Shown here piece after piece: positions 1-8,811 of a DNA stretch of 64,000 nt. The DNA comes from Halorarum halobium. GTDB lineage: Archaea; Halobacteriota; Halobacteria; Halobacteriales; Haloferacaceae. Each line of letters opens with the position of its first letter. Positions within the stretch are counted from its first letter, which is position 1. The stretch covers positions 806,001 to 870,000 of the forward strand of contig NZ_CP134949.1 in NCBI RefSeq assembly GCF_032116555.1, written 5' to 3'. The notes under the pieces were generated by a model. The model was not told the origin of the DNA. It was given only the letters and a program-made list of their open reading frames with translations, and did no database searches. The translations under genes and the position numbers were made by a program.

Positions 1-1268
1 TCGCCCGAGAACGTCTTCTCGTCCAGTTCCGGCTTGTCGTAGTAGCCGTCGAAGATGCCCGGGTTGCCGACCGGGACGGCGATCTCGCCGATCTCGCCCG
101 TCCCGACCTCGGTCTCCTCCTGGGTGTCGATGATGGTCGTCTCCAGGCCCGGCGTCGGCTTGCCCATCGAGCCCTCCTTCACGTCGATGCCGGGGTAGTT
201 GGAGACGAGACACACCGTCTCGGTCTGCCCGTAGCCGTCGCGGGGCGTGATGCCGTAGGCGTCCTGGAGCGCCTCGATGGGCTCCCGGTTGAGCGGTTCG
301 CCCGCCGAGAGCGCCTCTGTCAGGTCCAGGTCGTACGCCGAGAGGTCCGTCTGGGTGAACATCCGGTACTGGGTCGGCACCGCACACAGGCGGGTGACGC
401 CCTCCTCTTCCATCACCGAGAGGAACTCGTCGGCCTCGAACTCGCCCTCGTAGAGCAACTGCGAGGCCCCGACCGTGATGCCGACGCCGACCGGTGACCA
501 GAACCACTTCGCCCAGCCGGTGCCCGTCGTGGCCCACAGCAGTTCCTCGTCGAGGTCGACCGGGTCCGAGCCATGCTCGCCCGGCGCCGTCGTCCCCTCG
601 GCGGTCACGCCCCACCAGTAGGGCGCGTTCACGAGTTCGAACGCGCGCATCCAGCGGTGGCGGTGGAGGACGGGCTTCGGTTGCCCCGTGGTGCCGGAGG
701 TGTAGTTGATGCTCATCGGGTCCGACGCGCCGACGTCCGGGCCGTCGTGGTCGTCGGACCGGCCCGCGAGCAGCTCCGCGAACGACTCCCGGCCGTCCGC
801 CGAGCCGTCGCCCTCGACCACGACGACGGTGTCGACGGGCGTCTCGTCGACGACCGGCTCGACCATGTCGGTCAGGTCGTCGTGGACGACGACCGTCGTC
901 GCCTCGCAGTCGTTCGCGCGGAACGCCAGATCCTTCGGCTTCAACATCGCCGAGCAGGGGACGAGCAGCGCGCCGCGCTTGAGCGCGCCGAGCTGGATGG
1001 CGAACACGTCGGGGTGGCGCGGCAGCAGGTGCATCACGCGGTCGCCCTTGCCGACGCCAAGATCCGCGAGCGCGTTCGCGAAGCGGTTCGTATCGCGCGC
1101 CAGGTCGGCGTACGTCCGCTCCTCGCGGCTCCCCTCGTCGTCGAGGAACGTCACCGCCGTCCGGTCGCCGTGGGCCTCGGCGTGGCCCTCCACGACCGAG
1201 GGGAGCGTGTAGTCCTCCGGGACGTCCCAGTCGAACTCCGAGACCGCCTGCTCGTAGGAGACTGACAT
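1..1268 (-). CDS. Acyl-CoA synthetase / AMP-binding enzyme (3' end runs off the window)
   Basis: Own translation from ATG at 1268 (MSVSYEQAVSEFDWDVPEDY...). Contains the adenylation motifs SINYTSGTTGQPKPV, AGEPL, DGYGQTE and GSMGKP. Confidence 0.9.
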   Translation of the reverse strand, partial: MSVSYEQAVSEFDWDVPEDYTLPSVVEGHAEAHGDRTAVTFLDDEGSREERTYADLARDTNRFANALADLGVGKGDRVMHLLPRHPDVFAIQLGALKRGALLVPCSAMLKPKDLAFRANDCEATTVVVHDDLTDMVEPVVDETPVDTVVVVEGDGSADGRESFAELLAGRSDDHDGPDVGASDPMSINYTSGTTGQPKPVLHRHRWMRAFELVNAPYWWGVTAEGTTAPGEHGSDPVDLDEELLWATTGTGWAKWFWSPVGVGITVGASQLLYEGEFEADEFLSVMEEEGVTRLCAVPTQYRMFTQTDLSAYDLDLTEALSAGEPLNREPIEALQDAYGITPRDGYGQTETVCLVSNYPGIDVKEGSMGKPTPGLETTIIDTQEETEVGTGEIGEIAVPVGNPGIFDGYYDKPELDEKTFSG

Positions 1269-1426
1269 ACGAGTGTGGAGGAAACTGTCCGGGTTAATCG
1301 TTTGGGTGACGGTGACACGAGGCGGGGCAGCCCCCGCCGGCGTTTTCGACGTCGACCGGCCCCGACTGACGGCACGAACCGGCCCCGACTGGCGGCTTTT
1401 TGGTGCCGCGGGGCGACCCGCCACGC

Positions 1427-2404
1427 ATGGAGTACACGACGCTCGGCGACACCGGGATGGAGGTCTCGAAGGTGTGTCTCGGCTGCATGAGTTTCGGCGA
1501 CACCGACTGGCGCGACTGGGTGCTCGACGAGGAGGAGGGGATCGAACTCGTCGAGCGGGCCATCGACCTCGGGATCAACTTCTTCGACACCGCCAACATG
1601 TACTCCGAGGGCGGGTCCGAGCGCGTGCTGGGGAACGCGCTCTCGGAGTACGACCGGGACCGGTTCGTCGTCGCCACCAAGGGCTACTTTCGGATGGACG
1701 AGGACGACCCGAACTCGGGCGGGCTCTCCCGCAAGGCCATCGAGCAGGAACTCGACGCCTCGCTCGACCGGCTCGGGATGGAGACGGTCGACCTCTACCA
1801 GACGCACCGCTGGGACGAGACCGTCCCCATCGAGACGACGATGCGGGCGCTCGACGACGCGGTCCGGCGCGGGAAGACGCACTACGTGGGCACCTCCTCG
1901 ATGTGGGCCCACCAGTTCGCCGAGGCGCTCCACACGAGCGAGCGGCTCGACCTGGACCGGTTTCAGACGATGCAGAACCACTACAACCTGCTGTACCGCG
2001 AGGAGGAGCGGGAGATGCTCCCGCTGTGTGAACGGGAGAACGTCGGCGTCATCCCGTGGTCGCCGCTGGCGCGCGGATGGCTCGCCAGGCCCCACGGGGA
2101 GGCCCGGTCGACGACGCGCGGGGAGTCGGACACGCACGCCCATGGGCACCCGTATCTGGAGGGGGGCGGGCGCGAGATCAACGAGCGCGTGGGGGAACTG
2201 GCCGCCGAGAAGGGCGTGAAGATGGCCCAGATCGCGCTGGCCTGGCTGTTCTCGAAGGAGGAGGTCGACGCGCCCATCGTCGGGACGACGAGCGTCGAGC
2301 ACCTGGAGGACGCCGTGGAGGCGCTCGATGTGAGCCTCTCGGCCGGCGACGTCGCCTACCTGGAGGAGCCGTACGAGCCGGTTCGCGTCTCGGGCCACGA
2401 CTGA
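1427..2404 (+). CDS. Aldo/keto reductase
   Basis: Motifs CLGCMSFG, GINFFDTANMYS, VVATK, DLYQTH and IPWSPLARG; ATG at 1427. Confidence 0.92.
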   Translation: MEYTTLGDTGMEVSKVCLGCMSFGDTDWRDWVLDEEEGIELVERAIDLGINFFDTANMYSEGGSERVLGNALSEYDRDRFVVATKGYFRMDEDDPNSGGLSRKAIEQELDASLDRLGMETVDLYQTHRWDETVPIETTMRALDDAVRRGKTHYVGTSSMWAHQFAEALHTSERLDLDRFQTMQNHYNLLYREEEREMLPLCERENVGVIPWSPLARGWLARPHGEARSTTRGESDTHAHGHPYLEGGGREINERVGELAAEKGVKMAQIALAWLFSKEEVDAPIVGTTSVEHLEDAVEALDVSLSAGDVAYLEEPYEPVRVSGHD

Positions 2405-2406
2405 GG

Positions 2407-2455
2407 CTCCCGCCTCCCGTCTCCCGTCTCCCGTTTCCTGTCTCCAGTCTCCCCG
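2407..2455 (+). repeat. 7-bp tandem repeat (CTCCCGT)n, about 7 degenerate units
   Basis: ctcccgc ctcccgt ctcccgt ctcccgt ttcctgt ctccagt ctccccg directly after the AKR stop codon. Confidence 0.8.
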
Positions 2456-2770
2456 CCTCCGAACGCGCTAGCGACCGATTAACGACCAGTTTCGTGCACG
2501 TCGGGTTCGGTATGGATGGCATTACTATCCCAATGGGGACCCGTTCACGACCATGGGGTTCGTCTGGGTGTCCCAGTTCGAGTGTGCATCGTGCGGTGCG
2601 CGTGAGGCCACGACGCGGCTCCGGTACGACGACCTCGGCTACCCGGTGTGTCCGGGCTGTGGTCGGGGGCAGAACCCGGCACCCGACCGGGCGGCCGGTC
2701 ACTGAGCCGGGGGCCGCCGGTCCGGATCGGGACCGGCCGATTGACGGTGCCGCGTCGCCTCCGGTCGAGC

Positions 2771-3001
2771 ATGACCTGGGAGGAAGCGGGAGCCGTAGGG
2801 GCCTACACGGAGTACGAGCGGACGGACGGGCACGCGACGGTCAGGCTCCGCGAGCGGGCGAGCGGCGGGTTCGTCGTCCGGCTCGACCGTCTGGAACAGG
2901 CCGCCGACGGCCCGGAGTACCGACGCGAGACGCGCGGGGACCGCGAGTCCGCCGTGGCGCTCGCCGAGGCGTGGATGGACGAGTTTTCGGTCGAGAAGTG
3001 A
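2771..3001 (+). CDS. Small acidic hypothetical protein (76 aa)
   Basis: MTWEEAG...VRLRERASGGFVVRLDRLEQA...; halophilic composition. Confidence 0.7.
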   Translation: MTWEEAGAVGAYTEYERTDGHATVRLRERASGGFVVRLDRLEQAADGPEYRRETRGDRESAVALAEAWMDEFSVEK

Positions 3002-3024
3002 TGGCGACGCTGGATGAATCAACC

Positions 3025-3165
3025 GGCAGGCGCGCGTGACGCTCGCCCCCTCGTGGGGCGAGCACTCGCGCGCGAGGGATGAGACGCGCAGCGAGCCTGC
3101 GAGCGAGCATCGCAATCGGTTGGGGAGGGTGTGGCATCTAATCACCGCCAGCAGTAGTGGTCGGC
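3025..3165 (+). repeat. Dispersed palindromic intergenic repeat, copy A
   Basis: GCGCGAGGGATGAG...GCAGCGAGCCTGCGAGCGAG...GG(T)TGGGGAGGGTGTGGC...TAATCACCGCCAGCAGTAGTG; matches the copies at about 12.1, 22.1-22.4 and 49.1 kb. Confidence 0.85.
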
Positions 3166-3229
3166 GTGTTCATCTTGCCACTGCAGGTAACCCCCAGGAG
3201 TCCCACGCATTGACTCGAATCCCAACCAG

Positions 3230-4051
3230 CTAGTTCTGAAACCGCTTCGTCGTCTCGACCAGCGGGTGGCGCGCGTAGTCGACGACCTCGATGTCGCCGA
3301 TCGAGGCGAGCCCCTCCTTTCGCGCGGTCTTTTGCATCCCCAGCTCCACCGGCTCGTCGATGCAGATGACGTAGGCGTCCATCTCGTCGATGTCGGCCCG
3401 GTCGGCGGCCATCACGCGGTGGTGGCCGTCCGCGAGCACGAGCGAGCCGTCGTTGTCGATGACGACGAGCGGCTCCGCGAGGCCGCGCTCCAGTTCGTAG
3501 TGTCGCCCCTCCAGTTCGTCGGCGTACACCCGGCCCTGCGTCGGGGTGAGCGACCCGAGGTCGACGGTCCGGCGCTCCTCGTCCGTGCTGACGCCGTGGA
3601 TCTCCTCCAGGGTCCGCATCAGCTTCCCGACCTTCTCGGGCGTCGCGCGCTCGATGTGGCTGCGCACCACGTCCGTGTTCGAGATGATGCCGACGAGGTT
3701 GCCCGCGTCGTCGACGACCGGGAGCTTCTGGATGCCCGACCGGAGGATGACCCGCGCGGCGTCGGTGACGTTCATCTCCGGGTGCGCAACGATGATGTCG
3801 TCGGTCATCACGGTGAAAAGCGGCGCGTCGGGGTCCGCGAGCAGCAGGTCGCTCGCGCTGACGAACCCCACGACGGTCCGGCCGTCGGTCACCGGGAAGC
3901 CGTTGTGGCCGTCGCTCTCGGCGACCTTCTGGGCGACCTCGCGGACCGAGTCGTCGGGCGAGACGGTCGCCACGTCGCGGGTCATGTACTCCTTGACCTT
4001 GGCGCGGCGCGTGCCGAGCGTCAGGTCGGAGCCGCCGTTCATCGAACTCAT
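3230..4051 (-). CDS. CBS-pair protein with C-terminal ParB/Srx-like domain
   Basis: Two CBS motifs (GFPVTD, KLPVVD...GIIS) followed by LTPTQ...LADGHHRV. Confidence 0.85.
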   Translation of the reverse strand: MSSMNGGSDLTLGTRRAKVKEYMTRDVATVSPDDSVREVAQKVAESDGHNGFPVTDGRTVVGFVSASDLLLADPDAPLFTVMTDDIIVAHPEMNVTDAARVILRSGIQKLPVVDDAGNLVGIISNTDVVRSHIERATPEKVGKLMRTLEEIHGVSTDEERRTVDLGSLTPTQGRVYADELEGRHYELERGLAEPLVVIDNDGSLVLADGHHRVMAADRADIDEMDAYVICIDEPVELGMQKTARKEGLASIGDIEVVDYARHPLVETTKRFQN

Positions 4052-4233
4052 GCTATCAGCGCCCGCGGGGCGGACGCGGTCGCTTCCGACTCCGGCGGTT
4101 CCGCCGGCCCCGTGGGCGTGCCCGACCGGAGTCGGGGTCGCTGGCCTGGATCCCGCATCTGCTCGCACGTCGCGCCCCAGGGGCATGAACGCTTAGGGTC
4201 ACGTCGGAGCGGTCGCGGGCCGTCGAAGCCGTC

Positions 4234-5694
4234 TCAGTCGTCCTCCTCGGGGAACGAGACGGATCGCTCGGTGTCGTGGGTGGGCGCCGAGGGCGCGTCG
4301 GCCAGCGTCTCGAAGAACCGGCCGGCGATGACGTCGCGGACGATCTCGGCCACCGACTCCGCCTCGTCCTTCTCGACCTCGGCGAGGATGCCGAGCGGGA
4401 CCTGCGCGCCGGCCATGTCGGCGTGGCCGCCGGCGCTGCCGATCTGACCGAGCGCGTCCCGAAGCGTCTCGCCAAGGTCGAGGTCGGCACCGCGGGTGCG
4501 GCCAGAAACGTACACCGTTCCCTCGGAAAAGCCGTACACGAGCGTCGTCGTGACGCCCTCCATGTCCAGCAGTTGCTCGGCGGCCTGGGCCAGCGCGTCG
4601 CGGTCCGAGAGCTCCCCGACGCAGGAAGCGACCGTCTCGCCCCGCGTCTCGCGGTTCCTGATGGCCCGCGCGATGACGTCGAGCACCTCCGAGCTGACGC
4701 TGGGCTCCTCGACGCGGGAGAGCACGTCCTGGTCGGTGTACGGCAGGAGGAACTCGGCGGCGTCGAAGTCCGCCCTGGCGGTCTCGCGGGTGAAGTCCTT
4801 CGTGTCGACGCGGATGCCGTACAGGAGCGCCGTCGCCACCTGCTCGTCGGGCTCCAGCCCGAACCGGTCCAGATACTCGGCGAGCAGCGTCGACGTCGCG
4901 CCCACGTCCGACCGGACGTCGATGAACTCCGCCTCGACGGGCACGCGCGGGGGGTGGTGGTCGACGACGATCGTCGGCCGGACGTCCCCGGGCAGGCCGT
5001 CGTTGATCCCGGGCCGCGAGTGGTCGACGAGCGCGAACGCGTCGTACGTCTCGCGCGGGTCGTCCTCGGGGTCCAGCTTCCGCATGTCGAGTTCGAGCAG
5101 GTTCACGAGCGCCCGGTTCTCCTGGTGGGAGATCTCGCCGTAGTAGCACGCCTCGGCTTCGATCCCGGCGAACTCCGCGATGCGGACGAGCGCGATCGCG
5201 GAGGCGATGGCGTCCGGGTCGGGGTTGTCGTGTGCCACCACCGCGAGCGTGCCCTCGACGCCCCGGAGCGCTCGCAACAGGTTCCACATCCGTTCTGCCG
5301 GCTCGTCGCGGGCCGCCGCCAGCACCCGATCCGTGGCGACTTGGATCGGGTCGATGACGTGATCCGAGAGCTCCGCGAGCGCCTGCAGGTCGGCCTCGTC
5401 GGCGTCGTCGCCGGCGTACGAGAGGATGAACGCGTCCGGGAACGCCGAGCGGGCCCGGTCGGCGACGGTGAGGTTCCTGGTCGCCACGTCGCCGGCGACG
5501 ACGATCATCTCGGCCCGGTCCGGGTACGTCGAGGGGTCGGTCGGGTCCGCCTCCAGGGCGTCGACGTTCTCCTCGCGGAGCGCCGTCGCTCGGCCGCTGT
5601 CGTCGGTGACGACGTGGAGTTTGCCGGGCCGGTCGGCGAGCGACGCGACGATGTCGCGGCCGACCGCGCCACAGCCGAGGACCAGCCGACACAT
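4234..5694 (-). CDS. DHH-family phosphoesterase with N-terminal TrkA_N-like (RCK) domain and DHHA1 tail
   Basis: LVLGCGAVG Rossmann start; HDNPDPDA, LVDH, VVDHH, YGIRVDT and AGGH motifs. Confidence 0.88.
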   Translation of the reverse strand: MCRLVLGCGAVGRDIVASLADRPGKLHVVTDDSGRATALREENVDALEADPTDPSTYPDRAEMIVVAGDVATRNLTVADRARSAFPDAFILSYAGDDADEADLQALAELSDHVIDPIQVATDRVLAAARDEPAERMWNLLRALRGVEGTLAVVAHDNPDPDAIASAIALVRIAEFAGIEAEACYYGEISHQENRALVNLLELDMRKLDPEDDPRETYDAFALVDHSRPGINDGLPGDVRPTIVVDHHPPRVPVEAEFIDVRSDVGATSTLLAEYLDRFGLEPDEQVATALLYGIRVDTKDFTRETARADFDAAEFLLPYTDQDVLSRVEEPSVSSEVLDVIARAIRNRETRGETVASCVGELSDRDALAQAAEQLLDMEGVTTTLVYGFSEGTVYVSGRTRGADLDLGETLRDALGQIGSAGGHADMAGAQVPLGILAEVEKDEAESVAEIVRDVIAGRFFETLADAPSAPTHDTERSVSFPEEDD

Positions 5695-5781
5695 CACAGG
5701 GAATCGTCGCGGGCGTCCCGGAAAACCCTACCGTACTGGTCGCTTCAGCGGACGGGAGAAAAACTGGTGCCGGACCGACCG

Positions 5782-7290
5782 TCAGGGGATCAGCGCCGCC
5801 GCGGCGGCCTGGGCCGTCTCGATGACCGGCCCGAAGCCGGGCAGCAACAGCAGCGTCGCCACGGCCGCGAACAGCACCGCGGCGTACAGCGCCGTCGGCG
5901 TCGCGCCGAGTTCGAACTCCGTCTCGGGGTCGTCGAACCAGAGCGCCTTCACGACGCGGCTGTAGTAGAACAGCGACAGCGCGCTGTTGACCGCACCGAC
6001 GGCGGCGAGCCACCAGTAGCCCGCGCCCACGGCGGCCGCGAACAGGAAGTACTTCGAGAAGAAGCCCCCGAACGGCGGCAGCCCCGCGAGCGAGAACATG
6101 AACACGGACATGGCGACCGACGCCATCGGCGCCCGCGTGCCGAGCCCCGCGTAGTCCTCGAACGTCCGGCCGATCTCCCAGTGCTCGGCGAGCGCGACGA
6201 ACAGGAACGCGCCGGTGTTCATGAAGCCGTAGACGAGCAGGTGGGCCATCGCCGCACCCATCACGTCGCCGCCGGCGGAACCGGTCCAGGCGGCGAGGCC
6301 GATGAGCGCGTAGCCGGCGTGCCCGATGGAGGAGTACGCCAGCATGCGCTTGACGGTCTCCTGGGTCGCCGCGGCGAAGTTACCCAGCGTCATCGTCACG
6401 ACCGCGAGGATCTGGAACAGGAGCACCCAGTCGACGGAGGCGACGACGTCGCCGCCCGCGAGCGGGAAGCCGACGACGAACACGCGGAACGCGAGCGCGA
6501 ACCCGGCGGCCTTCGAGGCCGACGAGAGGAAGCCACTGATGGGTGCGGGCGCGCCCTCGTACGCCTCGGGCGCCCAGAAGTGGAACGGCACGGAGGCGGT
6601 CTTGAACGCGAACCCGCCGGCGATCATCAGGATGCCGATGGCGGCGACGCCCGCGAGCCCCTCGTCCGCCTCGGTCAGCGCGGCGGCGACGTCGGGCAGC
6701 AGGAGGCTGCCGGTCGCCGCGTACACCAGCGAGATGCCGAAGACGAACACTGCCGAGGAGAGCGCGCCGATGAGGAAGTACTTCAGCCCCGCCTCGACGC
6801 TCCCGCGGTTGCCCTTCAGGAACGAGACGAGCGCGTACGAGGGGAGCGAGGCCAGTTCGAGCGCGACGAACGCCACCGCGAGCGAGTTCGCCGAGGCCAT
6901 CAGCGCCATCCCGGTCGCGGCAAACAGCGTGAGGCTGTAGAACTCCGCGCGGTGCGGGTCGTCGGCGAGGTAGTCGTAGCTCGCGACGACGACCAGCGCC
7001 GTCACCGAGGCGAACACCGCGGCGAAGAACAGCGACATGCCGTCGACGACGAGCGCCTCGCCGTACAGCGCGACGCTGTCCTCGGGACCCGAGAGCACGC
7101 CGGCAGCGCCCGTCAGCAGCGCGCCCGCCGCGCCGAGCGCCGCGAGCGAGCCGACCGTCGAGACGGCCGCGAGCAGCGTCGGCCTGTCCTCGGTCGGATA
7201 CACCGCGTTGATGATCAACAGCAGCAGTCCGGTGGCCGCGAGCAGGACGGCGGGACCGAGCGCGACGAGGCCCGAGACGAGCGTCGCCAT
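5782..7290 (-). CDS. nuoN: NADH-quinone oxidoreductase-like complex subunit N
   Basis: EAGLKYF, FKTASVPFHFWAPEAYEGAP, KRMLAYSSIGH; last gene of the nuo operon. Confidence 0.93.
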   Translation of the reverse strand: MATLVSGLVALGPAVLLAATGLLLLIINAVYPTEDRPTLLAAVSTVGSLAALGAAGALLTGAAGVLSGPEDSVALYGEALVVDGMSLFFAAVFASVTALVVVASYDYLADDPHRAEFYSLTLFAATGMALMASANSLAVAFVALELASLPSYALVSFLKGNRGSVEAGLKYFLIGALSSAVFVFGISLVYAATGSLLLPDVAAALTEADEGLAGVAAIGILMIAGGFAFKTASVPFHFWAPEAYEGAPAPISGFLSSASKAAGFALAFRVFVVGFPLAGGDVVASVDWVLLFQILAVVTMTLGNFAAATQETVKRMLAYSSIGHAGYALIGLAAWTGSAGGDVMGAAMAHLLVYGFMNTGAFLFVALAEHWEIGRTFEDYAGLGTRAPMASVAMSVFMFSLAGLPPFGGFFSKYFLFAAAVGAGYWWLAAVGAVNSALSLFYYSRVVKALWFDDPETEFELGATPTALYAAVLFAAVATLLLLPGFGPVIETAQAAAAALIP

Positions 7291-8811
7291 CTACGCACCA
7301 CCCCCCAGCAGCGGGACGACCGCGTCGGTGATCATGCCGAAGAACGCCTCCGGGGCGACCCCCAGCGCGATGGTACACAGCAGGAGCACCGCGAGCGGCG
7401 CGGTGTCGTGGAACTTCGCGCGGGTCACCTCGTAGTCGGTTTCGAGGCGGAACGGGCCGAACAGCGTGCGCTGCATCGCCCAGAGCAGGTAGCCCGCGAC
7501 GATGACGATGCCGAACATCGCCGCCGCGGTGAAAAGCGGCGCGGCCGGCAGGACCGTCGAGGCGAACGCGCCCTGGAAGATGAAGAACTCGGCGGCGAAG
7601 CCGGCCATCAGGGGCAGGCCCATGTAGCCGAATGCGCCGGCGACGAAGATGCCCGCGGTGACGGGCATCCGGTCTGCCATGCCGCCCATGTCGCCGAGCA
7701 TGCGCGTGTGGGTGACGTTGTAGATGACGCCGACCGCCATGAACATCAGCCCCGAGATGAGCCCGTGGGCGACCATCTGGAACGTCGCGCCGCCGATGCC
7801 GAACTCGGTGTAGGCGACGAGTCCGAGGATGACGTAGCCCATCGAGGACACCGACGAGTAGGCGACGATGCGCTTGAGGTCCTGCTGGGCCAGCGCGAGC
7901 ATCGCGCCGTAGATGACCGAGAGGACGGCGATGGCCGCGATTGGCACCGCGAGCGTCGCCGCGACGTCGGGTAGCATCGTGAAGTTGAACCGGAGCAGGG
8001 CGTACGTCCCCATCTTCAGGAGGACGCCCGCCAGCATCACCGAGGCGGGCGTCGGGGCCTCGACGTGGGCGTCGGGCAGCCACGTGTGGACCGGGACGAC
8101 GGGAACCTTCACCGCGAAGCCGAAGAACATCGCGGCGAACGCGACGGTGGCGAGCGTGCCGGCGCCCATCCCGAGGAAGCCAGAGAGTTCACCCCCGCGG
8201 AGCGCCTGCGCGATGGCCGGCAGCCCGAAGCTGTCGACGGGGAGGTTGAACACGAGCGCCATGAAGCCGATGAACATGATCAGCGAGGCGACGTTCGTGT
8301 ACACGAAGAACTTGATCGCCGCGTACTCGCGGCGCGGGCCGCCCCAGACCCCGATGAGGAAGTACATCGGGACGAGCACGGCCTCCCAGAAGACGAACCA
8401 GACGAAGAAGTCCAGCGCCGCGAACACGCCGAGCAGGTTCGCCTCCATGAACAGCATCAGCCCGTAGAACTGGCTCTGGCGCTCGTCGATGGGCGTCCAC
8501 GCCGACAGGATCGCCAGCGAGGTGAGCACCGTCGAGAGGACGATCAGCGGGAGGCTGATCCCGTCGAGGCCGACGAACCACTGGAGCGTGTAGCCGCCGA
8601 CGGTGAGCCAGTCGATCTGCGTCTCGAAGGCGAGCGATCCGCCCGACAGCAGGGCGTTGCCGGTCGCGTCGAACGCCGACCACATGTACAGGCTCCCGAC
8701 GACCGGGAGCAGGCTGAGGCCGAAGCCGACGCGGCCGGCGTACTCGTCCGGCGAGAGGAACGTTGCCAGCGCGGCCAGGAACGTGAATCCGATGAGTGCT
8801 TCGAGTATCAC
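7291..8811 (-). CDS. nuoM: Complex I subunit M
   Basis: GLDGIS, FWEAVLVPMYFLIGVWG, VKVPVVPVHTWLPDAHVEAP; GTG start overlaps the nuoL stop (GTGA). Confidence 0.93.
   Translation of the reverse strand: MILEALIGFTFLAALATFLSPDEYAGRVGFGLSLLPVVGSLYMWSAFDATGNALLSGGSLAFETQIDWLTVGGYTLQWFVGLDGISLPLIVLSTVLTSLAILSAWTPIDERQSQFYGLMLFMEANLLGVFAALDFFVWFVFWEAVLVPMYFLIGVWGGPRREYAAIKFFVYTNVASLIMFIGFMALVFNLPVDSFGLPAIAQALRGGELSGFLGMGAGTLATVAFAAMFFGFAVKVPVVPVHTWLPDAHVEAPTPASVMLAGVLLKMGTYALLRFNFTMLPDVAATLAVPIAAIAVLSVIYGAMLALAQQDLKRIVAYSSVSSMGYVILGLVAYTEFGIGGATFQMVAHGLISGLMFMAVGVIYNVTHTRMLGDMGGMADRMPVTAGIFVAGAFGYMGLPLMAGFAAEFFIFQGAFASTVLPAAPLFTAAAMFGIVIVAGYLLWAMQRTLFGPFRLETDYEVTRAKFHDTAPLAVLLLCTIALGVAPEAFFGMITDAVVPLLGGGA

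Noticed and set aside
4276..7974. Very long antisense/alternate-frame ORFs (e.g. 4276-7974, 23990-27244, 28301-30610, 59907-62090)
   Set aside because: Shadow ORFs of GC-rich coding DNA: Arg/Pro/Gly-rich and overlapping well-supported genes.
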